A stretch of DNA of 64,000 nt from Felis catus. Taxonomy: Eukaryota. Numbering within the stretch: position 1 is the stretch's first letter; every line of letters begins with the position of its first letter. The translations under genes were made by a program, and so were the position numbers. Below are positions 39,166 to 50,556 of the stretch, one piece after another. Where the stretch lies: contig NC_058368.1 in assembly GCF_018350175.1 (NCBI RefSeq), forward strand, positions 84,880,001-84,944,000. The letters are read 5' to 3'. The notes beneath the pieces were generated by a model. The model was given only the letters and a program-made list of their open reading frames with translations. It did no database searches and was not told the DNA's origin.

Positions 39166-39937
39166 TGTGGGGAATAAGCTTAGGAATTTCCTGAGCTTGC
39201 ACCAATGAGTTAACAAGGCTTAGGATGAAAGAATCCAAGATTAGGTAAAGAAAGTGGAAGCACCCTGAGTATAGAATGAAGGCATAGAGGAATAGGAGGC
39301 CACGGGACAAAAACATCTAAGATTAGGTAAATATGGCAACAGTATCCCAATTTAAGAAAAAAGGCATAGAGGAATAGTAAGGCACAGGATGAAAGCATCC
39401 AAGATTAGATAATCAGGGTGGAAGCGCCCCAACATAACACAATAGCAGAAAGCTGCTTTCACAGGAGGGATGGACCAGAATAGGTACATAGGTAAACAGG
39501 GCTATAGACCACAGTAGGGTGAAGTTGCCAGGAGTGGAGCTAATTATCAAAAGAAAGGTGCCTTGTTGACCCTGAGATATCGTTCTCTATTTGTCTTATC
39601 CCCTAGGCAAGCTAAGATAAACAGACACGGTGCCTTGGGCCTGCTGTAAATAACCATCTGCACAGTGACAGGATTTTGTTTTGTATTGATCCAAACCCCT
39701 AACACCGCAAACCTTCGAAACTCCCTTTATCTCACACACATGAACTAATGTTCACATTTCATTATCTCTTTGTGCACGTTCATTATGCTTGTAAACCTTC
39801 TGGTGTTAATAAAAACGGATCAAGGACCCTTAGTCGGGGCTCTTGTCTCCTCCTGGACATTAGCCTTTCTTCCATTTTAATTCTGTGTCCGTTCTCTTGC
39901 TGGACAAGAGAGAACCCCAGACTCACAGTCTACAACA
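39166..39937 (+). mobile_element. Solo LTR of an endogenous retrovirus (class-II-like ends)
   Basis: Starts TGTGGGG and ends ACAACA. ctaaag is duplicated at 39159-39164 and 39938-39943. AATAAA at 39808, followed by a pyrimidine-rich U5-like end. It cleanly interrupts L1 ORF1. Confidence 0.8.
39223..39430 (+). repeat. 82-bp tandem repeat (~2.5 copies) in the LTR U3 region
   Basis: GGA...ATC(C/T)AAGATTAG starts at 39223, 39305 and 39387; aaggcatagaggaatag recurs with the same period. Confidence 0.9.
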
Positions 39938-40019
39938 CTAAAGGAATTTGTGACCACTAAACTAGCCCTGCTAGAATTTTATGGGTGACTGAGTGGAGAA
40001 AAAACAAAACAAAACAATT

Positions 40020-40812
40020 TATTTCATAGCTTTCTACAGTTTTCAGTGTATAGACTTTTCCCCTCTTTGGTTAGGTTTATTCCTAGGTATCTTATGGTTT
40101 TTGGTGCAATTTTAAATGGGACTGATTCCTTTATTTCTCTTTCTACTGTTTCATTATGAGTATAGAGAAATACAACTGATTTCTTTATGTTGACTTTGCT
40201 GAATTCATGTATAAGTTCTACCTTTTTTTTGGTGGAGTTTTTCAGGTTTTTCACCTAGAGTATCCTGTCATCTGCAAAGAATGAATGTCTGACTTCCTCC
40301 TTGGTGATTTGGATGCCTCCTATTTACGTTTGTCGCCTGATTGCTGAGGCTAGGACTTCCAGGACTATGTTGAACAAGAGTGGTGAGAGTGGACATCCCT
40401 GTCGTGTTCCTGACCTTACAGGGAAAGCTCTCCATTTTTCCCCACTGAGGATGATATTAACTGTAGGTCTTTCATATGTGGCTTTTACTATCTTGAGGTA
40501 TGATCCTTCTATACCTACTTTCTTGAGGGTTTTTTATCAAGAATAGATGCTGTATTTTGTCATATGCTTTTTTTCATCTATCAAAAAGATCATAAGGTTC
40601 TTATACTTTCATTCATTAATGTGATGTATCATGTTGATTGATTTTGGATACTGAACCACCACTGTATCCTAGGAATAAATCCCACTTAGTGATGCTGAAT
40701 AATTATTTTAATGTATTGTTGGATCCAGTTTTCTAGTATCTTGCTTAAAATTTTTGAATCCAGATTCATCAGGGAGATTGGTCTATAACTCTCCTTTCTA
40801 GTGGGGTCTTTG
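40020..40812 (-). mobile_element. L1 ORF2 RT-region fragment
   Basis: ORF 40024-40254 reads ELIHEFSKV...[11 protein letters not shown]. Matches 24240-25030. Confidence 0.9.
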
Positions 40813-41836
40813 GACTAAACTTTGTGATTTTTAAACCGGTCATATTTGTTATTAGTGACTCCCAGTGGAGGAGGTTCTACCAAGACTTATACCAAACTAC
40901 TGTTTGGTTGTCCCAGACACATGGAAAATAACAATATGTCTATTTAGGCTCCCAGGGGACTGCTAATTACCTGGCTCTTCAGCTCCCCAACACACTTGAT
41001 TTACAATTCTGACATTCAGAAAGCCCTGGGAGGTGAGAACATTAGATACATTGTATAGACCCCCCCCCCCCCCCGGGAGAAACTGGGAGTTTTGTTGTTG
41101 TTGTTGTTGTTTGTTTGTTTTCTTTTTGTTGTTGTTGTTGTTGTTTGCCTACCAAATCTGAGCTGAGCCAGAAAGAATAGCCTCCAGGAATGGTTGTTCC
41201 TCAAATAAAACTGTGTTTGTTTTATGTAGTCCTGGAGGATTTGTGAAATCCAAGTCATGTCAGCTCCCAGACTTACATGATTTGAGGGTTTTTCCTTGTT
41301 TGGCAGCAACAAAATTTGGGATGCTAGATGTCCAGATGAGCTCCTTCCAGATAGAAGCTAGAGAATAAGTTTTATCGCTGAGGTGACCGAAAGAGGAAAT
41401 TCAGGGGAATTGTCCAGTGTTTTTTTGTTATTGTTGTTTTGTTTTGTTTTTGTTTTGTTTTGTTTTGTTTTGTTTTGTTTTGTTTTGTGTGTGTGTGTGT
41501 GTCGGGGGGAGAACTCCCAGGAGGATAACTATGAGCCCTTGCTGTTCTAGGAGCTCTACCTTCAGACAGTACCTGGGAAAGCATACAAAGACTTTCTAGA
41601 GATAAACTGTGAGATGGGCATTTTTGCCAGCTCCCTCTCCACTTACCTGTAGTTATATCCAGGGGGAGTACTTTCATGCTCATTTAACAACTGTTTATTT
41701 GTTTGCTAGTGTTTGGTGAGACTTGAGATTGCAAGTCCCATGAATATTAGAGTTAAGCTATTTCCATCCCTACATGGAAGTTTCAAAAATTGGAGTGCTA
41801 AATGTGTGCTCCAGACCAATCTCTCCTTAGGAAGAT

Positions 41837-42054
41837 TTTTTTTTTTTAATTTTTTTAATGATTATTTATTTTTGACAGAGAGAGAGAGGGAAAGCATGAG
41901 TGGGGGAGGGGCAGAGAAAGAGGGAGACACACAATCTGAAGCAGGCTGCAGGCTGTCAAAACAGAGCCCGACACAGGGTTCAAAGTCATGGGCCATGAGA
42001 TCATGACCTGAGCCAAAGTCAGAAGCTCAACCAACTGAGCCACCCAGCACCGCA
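41837..42054 (-). mobile_element. Felid SINE
   Basis: gagatcatgacctgagccaaagtc...ctgagccaccca, flanked by aggaaga on both sides. Confidence 0.93.
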
Positions 42055-42284
42055 AGGAAGAATCTTCATGTTGAAATTTCCCTCCTGATTATAAGGCAAT
42101 GTTCCTTGGGTGAGGTTAATGGGATAATTGTGTCTCAAACTTTAATACTTGTTTTGATTTGGATATTTTCCCCTGATGTGTAAGAGTCAATCAACGAGTT
42201 ATTGGACACCTCTCAAAGGAAATTGATCAATGCATAGATGTATATTCAGTGTGTTCACTGAAGTGAAGTGATGTGAAGTGATGA

Positions 42285-44230
42285 ATCACTCTGGCTTTGA
42301 TTTTCATTTCTCTAATGATAAGCTGAGCATCTTTTCATAGTCCCATTAGTCATTGGTGTATCATATTTGGATAATGGCCTATTCAAGCTTTGTATTCATT
42401 TTAATTGGGTTATTTTACATTGTTATAAGTTACTTATATATTTGGATTTTAACATTTTATCAGATATATGATTTGCAAATACTTTCTCCCATTATGTAGG
42501 TTGTCTTCTCACTCAGTCCATTGTATCTTTGGAGGCAAAAAAAGGTGTAAGTTTATATAGCCCCATTTATCTATTTTCCTTATGTTGCTTATACTTTTGG
42601 TGTTACATTCTCATGTTGTTGTCAAATGCAATGTCACGAAGACTTCCTTGTGTTTTCTTCTAGGATTTTTAACATTTTTGGCCTTTCAGTTAAGTCTTTC
42701 AATTAAGTCTTAAGTCTTGCCTATGTGTCTGTTATTTCAATAGTACTTTTTTTTTATTTATGTCTGTGACTTTGTAATACATCTTGAGTCATTTAAATTT
42801 GTTCTTTTCAAAGATTGATTTGACTATTCAATGTCCCTTAGAATTCTATGTGAATTCTAAGATACATCTTTAAATGTCTTAAAAATGCTTTTGAGATTCT
42901 GAGAAGGATTGCATTGAATCTGTAGATCACTTTGGATAGTATTGATTGGGACTGCATTGAATCTATAGGTCATTCTGGGTGGTCTTGATATCTTAACAAC
43001 ATTAAGTCTACACAGGGTATTGTTGTTTTCATTTATGTGTGTCTTTAATTTCTTTGAGTAATTGTTTCTAATTTTCAATAAATTTGTAGTTTTCACTTGC
43101 TTGGATAGGTTTATTCTTAACTATTTTATATTTTTTTGTGGCCATTGTAAATATAATTGCTTTCTTAATGTCCTTTCTATGTCTCTTATTGTTAGTGAAC
43201 TGACTTTGTATAATGAAAATCTGATGAATTTAAATTATTTTTTGTAAAACTTAAAAAAAAAATCTTTAGTGTTTAGACTCTTAGAGCTACCAGTTCTAAC
43301 ACATCATCAGTTTGTTCTCTATAATTAACTATGGGGTAATGGATGTGAGATGGATTAAGTATGTGATAGGCATTAAGGACAGCATTTGTGATGAACACCA
43401 GGTCTTGTATGGAAGTGTTGAATCACTTTATTAGACACCTGAAACTAATATTACATTGTATGTTAACTGGAATTTAAATAAAACTTTAAAAGTATATAGG
43501 TTTGCTTGTTTACGAATAAGCTCATGTCATCTACAGAGATAATTTTACATGTTTTTTTTTTCCAGTTTGGAAGTAGTTTGTTTATTTTTCTTGACTAATA
43601 GCTCTGTCTAAAATTTCCAATACTATGTTGAAGGTGAATAGTTGAGAGTGAGCATCACTGTCTTGTTCATAATCTTAGAGAAAAAAACTTAGTCTTTCAC
43701 CATTGAGTATGATGTTTCATGCTTGGATTTTTATATAAGGCCTTTATTGCATTGAGGTCATTTCCTTCTATTGCTAGTTTATTGAGCAGTTTTATCATGA
43801 AAGTGTAAAATTCTATCATTTTTTTTTTTTTGGTATATTCACTGAGGTAGGTATTCATGTAATCCCTCCCTCTTTATTCTGTGGTGTTTCACATTGATTG
43901 ATATTTATATGTTGAACCATCCTTATGTTCAGGAATAACTCTCACTTGATCACAATGTGTAATCTTTTTTTTAAATATTTTTATTTATTTTTGACAGAGA
44001 GAGATACAGAGCATGAGTGGAGGAGGGGCAGAAAGAGAGGGAGAATCTGAAGCAGGCTCCAGGCTCTGAGATGTCAGCACAGAGCCCAACACAGGGCTCA
44101 AACTCACGGACTGTGAGATCATGACCTGAGCTGAAGTCGGACGCTTAACCGTCTGAGCCATCCAGGCGCCCCACGATGTGTAATCTTCTTAATGTGCTAT
44201 TGAATTTAGTTTGCTAGAATTTGTGGATAT
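42285..44230 (-). mobile_element. Old L1 ORF2 fragments, with a short plus-strand L1 3' end at ~43335-43490
   Basis: RLNVVKISRPPRMTYRFNAVPI in ORF 42857-43096. Inner piece ggcattaagg...cctgaaactaatattacattgtatgttaactggaatttaaataaaa. Confidence 0.75.
43967..44171 (-). mobile_element. Felid SINE
   Basis: TSD cac(a/g)atgtgtaatctt at 43951-43966 and 44172-44187. Confidence 0.96.
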
Positions 44231-45144
44231 AACATAGATCATGTTTTCCATTTTTTTTTCTTTCCAGAATTCTCATATCTGGCTAGACACTTCATCGATT
44301 TTGCTTCTGTATCTGTTCATTATTTTTTCCTACTTCTTTGTTCTTTCTAGGAACTTGGGGCAGAATTCCTTCAGGTCAAAAATTTAGTTTTTACCTGCAT
44401 TTATACTACTGCTAATTTTACTATATTGTGTTTTCACTTAAACTAGTATCTTTGTCATAATATGTTCACTTGATTCATTTTAATTTTTGTTATTAATTTA
44501 TAATACTGGTATTTTGCCTATATTATATCTTTGGGAAATCTTAACACTTGTGCTTCTGATGGAGTATTTATTCCAGTTTTCTGTCTTTCTTTATAGGTAG
44601 TTGCAATTATTTTGGCCTTAGAGCTCCTACCCTCAGGAACTCCTGCCACTCTAGTAGTTGCCAATGAAGTAGGATGTAATTCCACGTCACTCTAGAATAT
44701 ACTAGAAGACTTAGCTGACTATGCCTGTTTGCTGCCATGTGCAAAAAAATTAGGAATAACAAGTGAGGGCAACAAAGTTAACTGTGCTTCTCAAAATACA
44801 AAGAAAGCATTCTCCTTAAGCATAGAAAATTCTTTAAACCAAAACAATTAACTGCCCCCCCAAAAAATACTCCACAAATTTATGAAAATCTATAATTTAT
44901 GAAAATGTAACTGTATTATAAACTAGAGTAACAAAACTTTGGTTCAGGTGATACCCATTAGAAAGTGAGGAAAATGGCTGCTACGTACTACACTGACTAA
45001 AGAAAACCACAACTGCCCTGTTCTTCACTGACCTCACTAAAAGTGTGCATATATTTAATATCACAAATTTTCCATACAGGGATTATAGGAGGGAGCCAGA
45101 GGCTGATAGTGTTTATTTTTTTAAATTCTTTTTAATAATTACAA

Positions 45145-45422
45145 CATTTATTTATTTATTTAATGTATGTATGTATGTATGTATGTATGTATTTAAAGAG
45201 CATAGGGACTAGGGGTGGGGAGAGGGGAAGAAGGAGAGAGAGGGAGAGAAAAAGAGAAAGAGAGAGAGAAAGAGAGAGAAAGAAAGAAAATCTTAAGCAG
45301 TTTCCACACTCAGCATGGAGGCCCAATGCAGTGCTAAATTCCACAACCCCAGGATGATGACCTGAGCTGATATCAACAGTTGGACACTCAACCAACCAAG
45401 AGTTATAGCACCCAGGTGCCCC
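45145..45422 (-). mobile_element. CAN-SINE with (TATG)n tail
   Basis: Ends cacccaggtgcccc, flanked by aataatt(a/g)caac. Confidence 0.9.
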
Positions 45423-45776
45423 AATAATTGCAACTTTAAAAAATTTGGGTTTTATTTTTTTTATTATTAAAGTAGCAAAGTCACATATTTTTCTTGAATA
45501 AAATTTTAAATTGATTTTATATACTAGAAGAAAGATTTGTCTTGTTTTGTTTTGTTCTTTGTTCTCATCTTTGACCAAAGGCTGCTTTTAACACTCAGCT
45601 ACTTCGCATCCAACTTGAAATAAATATGGCACATCTTTGTCACTTATAAAATAAAGCCTTAATTACCATGCACAGGAGAAAGCTCTTAGAAAAAGCTTAG
45701 TTCACTGGCTTTCATACTGAGTGTTAAATGAGTTTTCTGGCTTTCAGATGCATGGATGTGTGTGACATAAAACTTT

Positions 45777-45990
45777 GGGGCCCCTGGATGGCTCAGCTGG
45801 TTAATCCTCCAACTTCAGCTCAGGTCACGATCTTGCGGTTTGTAAGTTTGAGCCCCACATCAGGCTCTGTGCTGATAGCTCAGAGCCTGGAGCCTGCATC
45901 AGATTCCATGACTCCCTCTCTTCCTGACCATCTATGCTCATGCTCTGTCTCTCAAAAAATAAATAAACATTAAAAACTTTAAAAGCAAAA
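45777..45990 (+). mobile_element. Felid SINE
   Basis: ggggcccctggatggctcag...aaaaataaataaacattaaaaa. Confidence 0.93.
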
Positions 45991-46212
45991 CAAAAGACTT
46001 TCTTGTTGCCTCCACTATTCTAACCAATTTACATACATTAATTCTACCCCTGTCATAAATGTTACAAAGTAAGTAATATTATTTTATTCCAATTTCTCAA
46101 ATTGTCAGGTTCTGCCCTCTTGTTTTGTGCTGTTTGCATTGTAAAATGGGTACAAAGTCAGAATACAACGAAAACTGAAAAAATGTTGAGACCAAGATAA
46201 AGGAGGCATGTT

Positions 46213-46438
46213 CCGGGGCGCCTGGGTGGCGCAGTCGGTTAAGCGTCCGACTTCAGCCAGGTTACGATCTCACGGTCCGTGAGTTCGAGCCCCGCCTCAG
46301 GCTCTGGGCTGATGGCTCGGAGCCTGGAGCCTGTTTCCGATTCTGTGTCTCCCTCTCTCTCTGGCCCTCCCCCGTTCATGCTCTGTCTCTCTCTGTCCCA
46401 AAAATAAATAAAAAACGTTGAAAAAAATTTAAAAAAAA
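46213..46438 (+). mobile_element. Very young felid SINE (SINEC_Fc-like)
   Basis: Near-intact CpG-rich body. Perfect 14-bp TSD aaaggaggcatgtt at 46199-46212 and 46439-46452. Confidence 0.97.
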
Positions 46439-46967
46439 AAAGGAGGCATGTTTATATTTTGTTCCTCATGAAACAAAATGCTGACTACTGGGTTGCAGGT
46501 GTATGAGCTTTTGCCAATCTGATATCTGCTTTGGTAATTCAAGGAAGATTAAATTATTTTAATTCCGTAACAGTTGAGTACTGCTGTTAGAAATTATGCT
46601 TCCTCATCCAACCCTGAATTTGTGAATTCTGTCACTGTTCCTAGGAGCATCACACACCTTCTTATTCAGAGGTATGTTTAATGAATTGAGTACTTTAATT
46701 ACTTGGGCATATATGAGAAAGAAAGAATGATGCTCTGTGTTATTTAGAAAAGCAGTGTAGTTTCAGGATTTCCTGTTGGAAGAACTGAATCTTTGGGTGG
46801 TGTTGTGAGGACATCAATAAGTTATTTTAAGTTTTGTTTTTATTTTCACACAATAAGGGTGTTGGAACAAATGATCTCTCATATATTCATGAGTCCCATG
46901 CTGAATTTGTCAAGTCCTAAAGGATCTTAAAGACAATTCAGAGAAATATGCTAACATATGGTTATAA

Positions 46968-47936
46968 TTAGGGGTAGCAAGCTCGGTGGTGTTTCACCTT
47001 TTTCAGGAAGCATCTACTAATGACTATACTCTTCATAGCTGCTATTACATCCTTGTTTCTCAGGCTATAGATGAGAGGGTTAAGCATAGGGGTAAGAATA
47101 GCATTAAACATAAAGAGGGACTGGTTTATTTTGGGGGTCTTAAAGGATCCTGGCCTCATGTAGACTAATACAGCAGGACCAAAGTAAAGGCTGACCACAC
47201 AGAGATGGGAGAAGCATGTGGCCAAGGCCTTGTTCTTGCCTTCAGGGGAATTCATGTGGACAACAGCAAGGAATATACGGATATAGGAAGCCAGGATAAG
47301 ACTCAGAGGGATGAGGACCACCAGAAAGCTTGAGACCACCACTGAATTTACATAGGCTGAAATGTCCTCACAAGTGAGCTTCAGGAGTGCCATGACCTCA
47401 CACAAGAAGTGTGGGATCTCTCGAGGATGACAGATGGGTAAGTGCATGACATAAGCTGTATGAACCAGTGAAGTTATTGCCCCTCCGACCCAGGACCCAA
47501 TGACCATCTGTTTACAAATGGTATGGCTCATCATGACTGAATAACGCAGTGGATTGCAGATGGCAATGTAGCGGTCATAGGACATGAGGGTAAGCAGAAG
47601 GCACTCAGAAATTCCCAAGGTTAAGCTGAATAAGATCTGGGATCCACAACCAATCTGTGATATGGTTCTCTTCCCTGAGAAGAAATTTGTGGCCATTTTG
47701 GGGACAGTAGTTGAGATCAGAGCCACATCAATAAGGGAAAGCTGACTGAGCAGGAAGTACATAGGACAGTGGAGTCGAGAATCCAGCCAGATGAGGAGAA
47801 TGAGAACAGCATTGCCTATCACAGCCATAATATAGACCAGAAGAATGAGGAAGATAAGGATCACAAGGTGGCTGAACTCAGGCCAGAGCCCCAAAAGAAT
47901 AAAATCTGTGGTGACAGTCTTATTGTTTTTCTCCAT
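46968..47936 (-). CDS. Olfactory receptor, class II family 2 (OR2AJ/OR2L/OR2M-like), intact single-exon CDS, 322 aa
   Basis: N-glycosylation site NKT, DFILLG, GN, LHCPMYFLLSQLS, PKM, MSYDRYIAICNPLRY, HFLCE, SY, KALATCFSHL, PMLNPLIYSLRN. Strong Kozak GCCATGG. Exact orthologue not assignable by eye. Confidence 0.97.
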   Translation of the reverse strand: MEKNNKTVTTDFILLGLWPEFSHLVILIFLILLVYIMAVIGNAVLILLIWLDSRLHCPMYFLLSQLSLIDVALISTTVPKMATNFFSGKRTISQIGCGSQILFSLTLGISECLLLTLMSYDRYIAICNPLRYSVMMSHTICKQMVIGSWVGGAITSLVHTAYVMHLPICHPREIPHFLCEVMALLKLTCEDISAYVNSVVVSSFLVVLIPLSLILASYIRIFLAVVHMNSPEGKNKALATCFSHLCVVSLYFGPAVLVYMRPGSFKTPKINQSLFMFNAILTPMLNPLIYSLRNKDVIAAMKSIVISRCFLKKVKHHRACYP

Positions 47937-48789
47937 GGCCGAACATCATGGCTCAGAACACAATGGTAAGAACACTGTTCCATTTGATGTGTTATTGCAC
48001 ATCTGGTCTACTTTTCTTACTCCCAGGTCTCCTCTGAATATGTTCATGCTGAATTCTTTCCTTGTTGTTATATCCTTAGTATTATTAACTTCTCAATATA
48101 TAAAGTTTTCATTAACTACCACTCATGAATTATTTAATAAACAATGATTTATACACTGTATCTGCTATTACAAATGGTAATCACTAATAGTAACCAAATA
48201 AGAATGCAAGTACACTTAATGTTCTATCAACTAAAGGCCAATTTGATGAAAATGTATCTTGTACATTTCTTAAAGTATTTAATAATCCACCATCTTGAGG
48301 TGCTGTGCAGATATAACTTCAACAGAAGATCTGTGATCATTTTAGATTTAGAAAAGTCAATATTTTCACTCGGTCATGGGAAACTTCATAGAAAACGAAG
48401 AAGATTCTCATAAAAAATGGGAAGAAGAGACCTTGATAGCCTGAGGACAGAAAAACATTTTCAGAACTGAGTGTTGTCTGTGTTTAAATTTTCTCTCCCA
48501 CATATGGAATTTTCACTTTTGCCCAAGTCCTCCTTGATATAATCCTAATTCAAGCATTTCTTAGATCAAGTAAACTAGAACATAACATTTAATCATGAAA
48601 CCAGTATTTAAGAGGAGAACTCACAAATATAGTTTTTGGTAGTTTCACAGAAGATTTCCTACTCTGCAGGAAGTTTGAATCTGTCATCAAGGTAATTTAA
48701 GGGACTAGATTATTATGTAAAAAAGGAGGACACAAGATTATGATGAAGGAGATTGTCAAGGACCATCTTATAAGAAGTGATTTACTTTA

Positions 48790-49007
48790 TTATTTTGTTA
48801 TTTAAAAATGTTTATATATTTTAAGAGAAAGTGCATCCATGGGGAAGGGGCAGGGAGAGAGACAGAGAAAGAGAGAGAATCCCAAGCAGGCTACACACAG
48901 TGAGTGCAGAGTCCAATACAGGACTCAACCTCACAAAACATGAGATCATGACCTGAGCCAAAATCAAGAGTTTGAATCTTAACTGACTGAGCCAGCCAGG
49001 TACCCCA
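48790..49007 (-). mobile_element. CAN-SINE
   Basis: gagatcatgacctgagccaaaatcaagagt...ccaggtacccc, flanked by aagtgatt. Confidence 0.92.
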
Positions 49008-49441
49008 AGAAAGTGATTCATTTTAAAAAGTAGTATATCTTGTTTAGAAAAGGTTTGACTGGACTTATAAACTGTAGATGCAGAGGTAGTATTGTAGATC
49101 AGTAGAAAGCACAGCCTCTAGAGGATCAGTACCAGAATTTGAAGCAGCCTTTACCAAATCACCATATTTACCTGCCTAATGGCGTTGGTCTAATTGAATC
49201 ATCTTTCTGTGTGATATGCAAGTTAAAACAATTAATAATCATAGAGGCTCTAGAACATTATCTGATCAATAGTGTTAAATGTCTTTATTAAGTATAATTT
49301 AAGTCTAATTTGCATAAATGGCAAAATATGCCCTAAGGTCCCTAGCAGTCACAGGTATGTACATATGTGCATAGTCAATCAATGATTCCACTATTTCTTG
49401 CAGTTTCACCTGTAACTGTAGGTACAATTAAAAATAATGTT

Positions 49442-49745
49442 GAGAAGTTAAGAAGGCAAAGGAGTAGAGGGATCCCTAAGCTGTCTCATCCATGGAATAC
49501 AGCTAGATAGTTATCAAAACATTCTGGAGATGAAAGAAATCAGTTGGAGAATCTGAAAGTCTACAATCAACTGGAAGATTGTTTTGACAAAAGGACGGAG
49601 ATGGAGATGGAGAGGGAGAAATTCAATCTAAAAGAAAAAAAATAAAAAATAGAAAGTAGATGTCATGGTCAGGGATTTAATCAATATAGATATAAGTAAC
49701 AAAATTGAACTAGAATTTAAAACAAAGGTGATAAGGATACTATCA
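49442..49745 (+). mobile_element. L1 5' terminus joined directly to the ORF1 start (most of the 5'UTR absent)
   Basis: 49442-49570 matches the reverse complement of 38380-38495. 49610-49745 matches the ORF1 N-terminus (compare 31140-31270, minus strand). Confidence 0.7.
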
Positions 49746-50339
49746 GGATACTGTGGTTTCTTCTAGGTGCTTGAGAGGGTCATATTAAAAATGTAGAAGA
49801 AAGCAAATCTTTGTTGTACCATCTGTCTTGGATTAAATAAACAACATGTCTTGGCACCTTTTGGCCCACTTGACAATGAATAGGTATTTGTTATGGTATC
49901 CAGCAACCTTCATGAGATATGAGCATGTATTGTAGCCTTTCTCCCAAGCACTCAGCATAATGGAGAGGGATTAGGCACTCCACACCCTGGGTGGCTGTTG
50001 GCTTTCCAGTTATTACCTCTTTAGAGATCATCTTTGCCTGTGTTAAGTTTCAAAGCAGTCCTGATTACCCTAAAGCAGATGCGTTATCCATAATAACAAC
50101 TCCATCTCTCTTTCTGGTTTCAAAACAGTTCATTGACTGGGGGAATACTTGTCTTTCACTTCTCCCTACCTTAAATGAGAGAAACAGAAAGACAAATCAA
50201 ATCAAATAATGACCCTATCCATGATGGCTTTGGATTTAGCATGATTTTCCACATGTTTTCTATCAGAAGAGAACAGTTAGACTAGACAGTATAAACTGTA
50301 AGGAACTGTCTGGTATGATGATTAATCAACCTTTAAAAA

Positions 50340-50556
50340 ACGTTTTATTTATTTATTTATTTATTTATGTATTATTTTTGAGAGAGAGAGGGAGAGAGAG
50401 CATGAGCGGGGGAGGGGCAGAGTAGAGGAAGACAGAGAATCCAAAGTGAGCTCTGTGCTGACAACACATAGCTCAATGAAGGGCTCAAACTAACAAACCA
50501 TATCATGACCTGAGTCAAAGTCACACGATTAACCAACTGAGCCACTGAGGTGTCCG
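50340..50556 (-). mobile_element. CAN-SINE
   Basis: Typical body, with degenerate TSD ta(a/g)tcaac(c/t)ttt. Confidence 0.9.

Larger units (their letters stand above)
38503..40015 (+). mobile_element. Non-inverted ORF1 continuation of the older L1, interrupted by an LTR
   Basis: Begins cagaggtaaaagagctaaaatctagtcag, and resumes after the LTR with ctaaaggaatttgtgaccactaaactagccctgc (end of ORF1). Confidence 0.85.

Noticed and set aside
39223..39430. Regularly spaced repeats resembling a CRISPR array
   Set aside because: Whole 82-bp units repeat, including the intervening sequence. They lie inside an LTR in a mammalian genome with no cas genes.
42905..42990. ~43-bp tandem duplication (gattgcattgaatct... 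twice)
   Set aside because: Small duplication or junction inside a decayed L1, with no sign of function.
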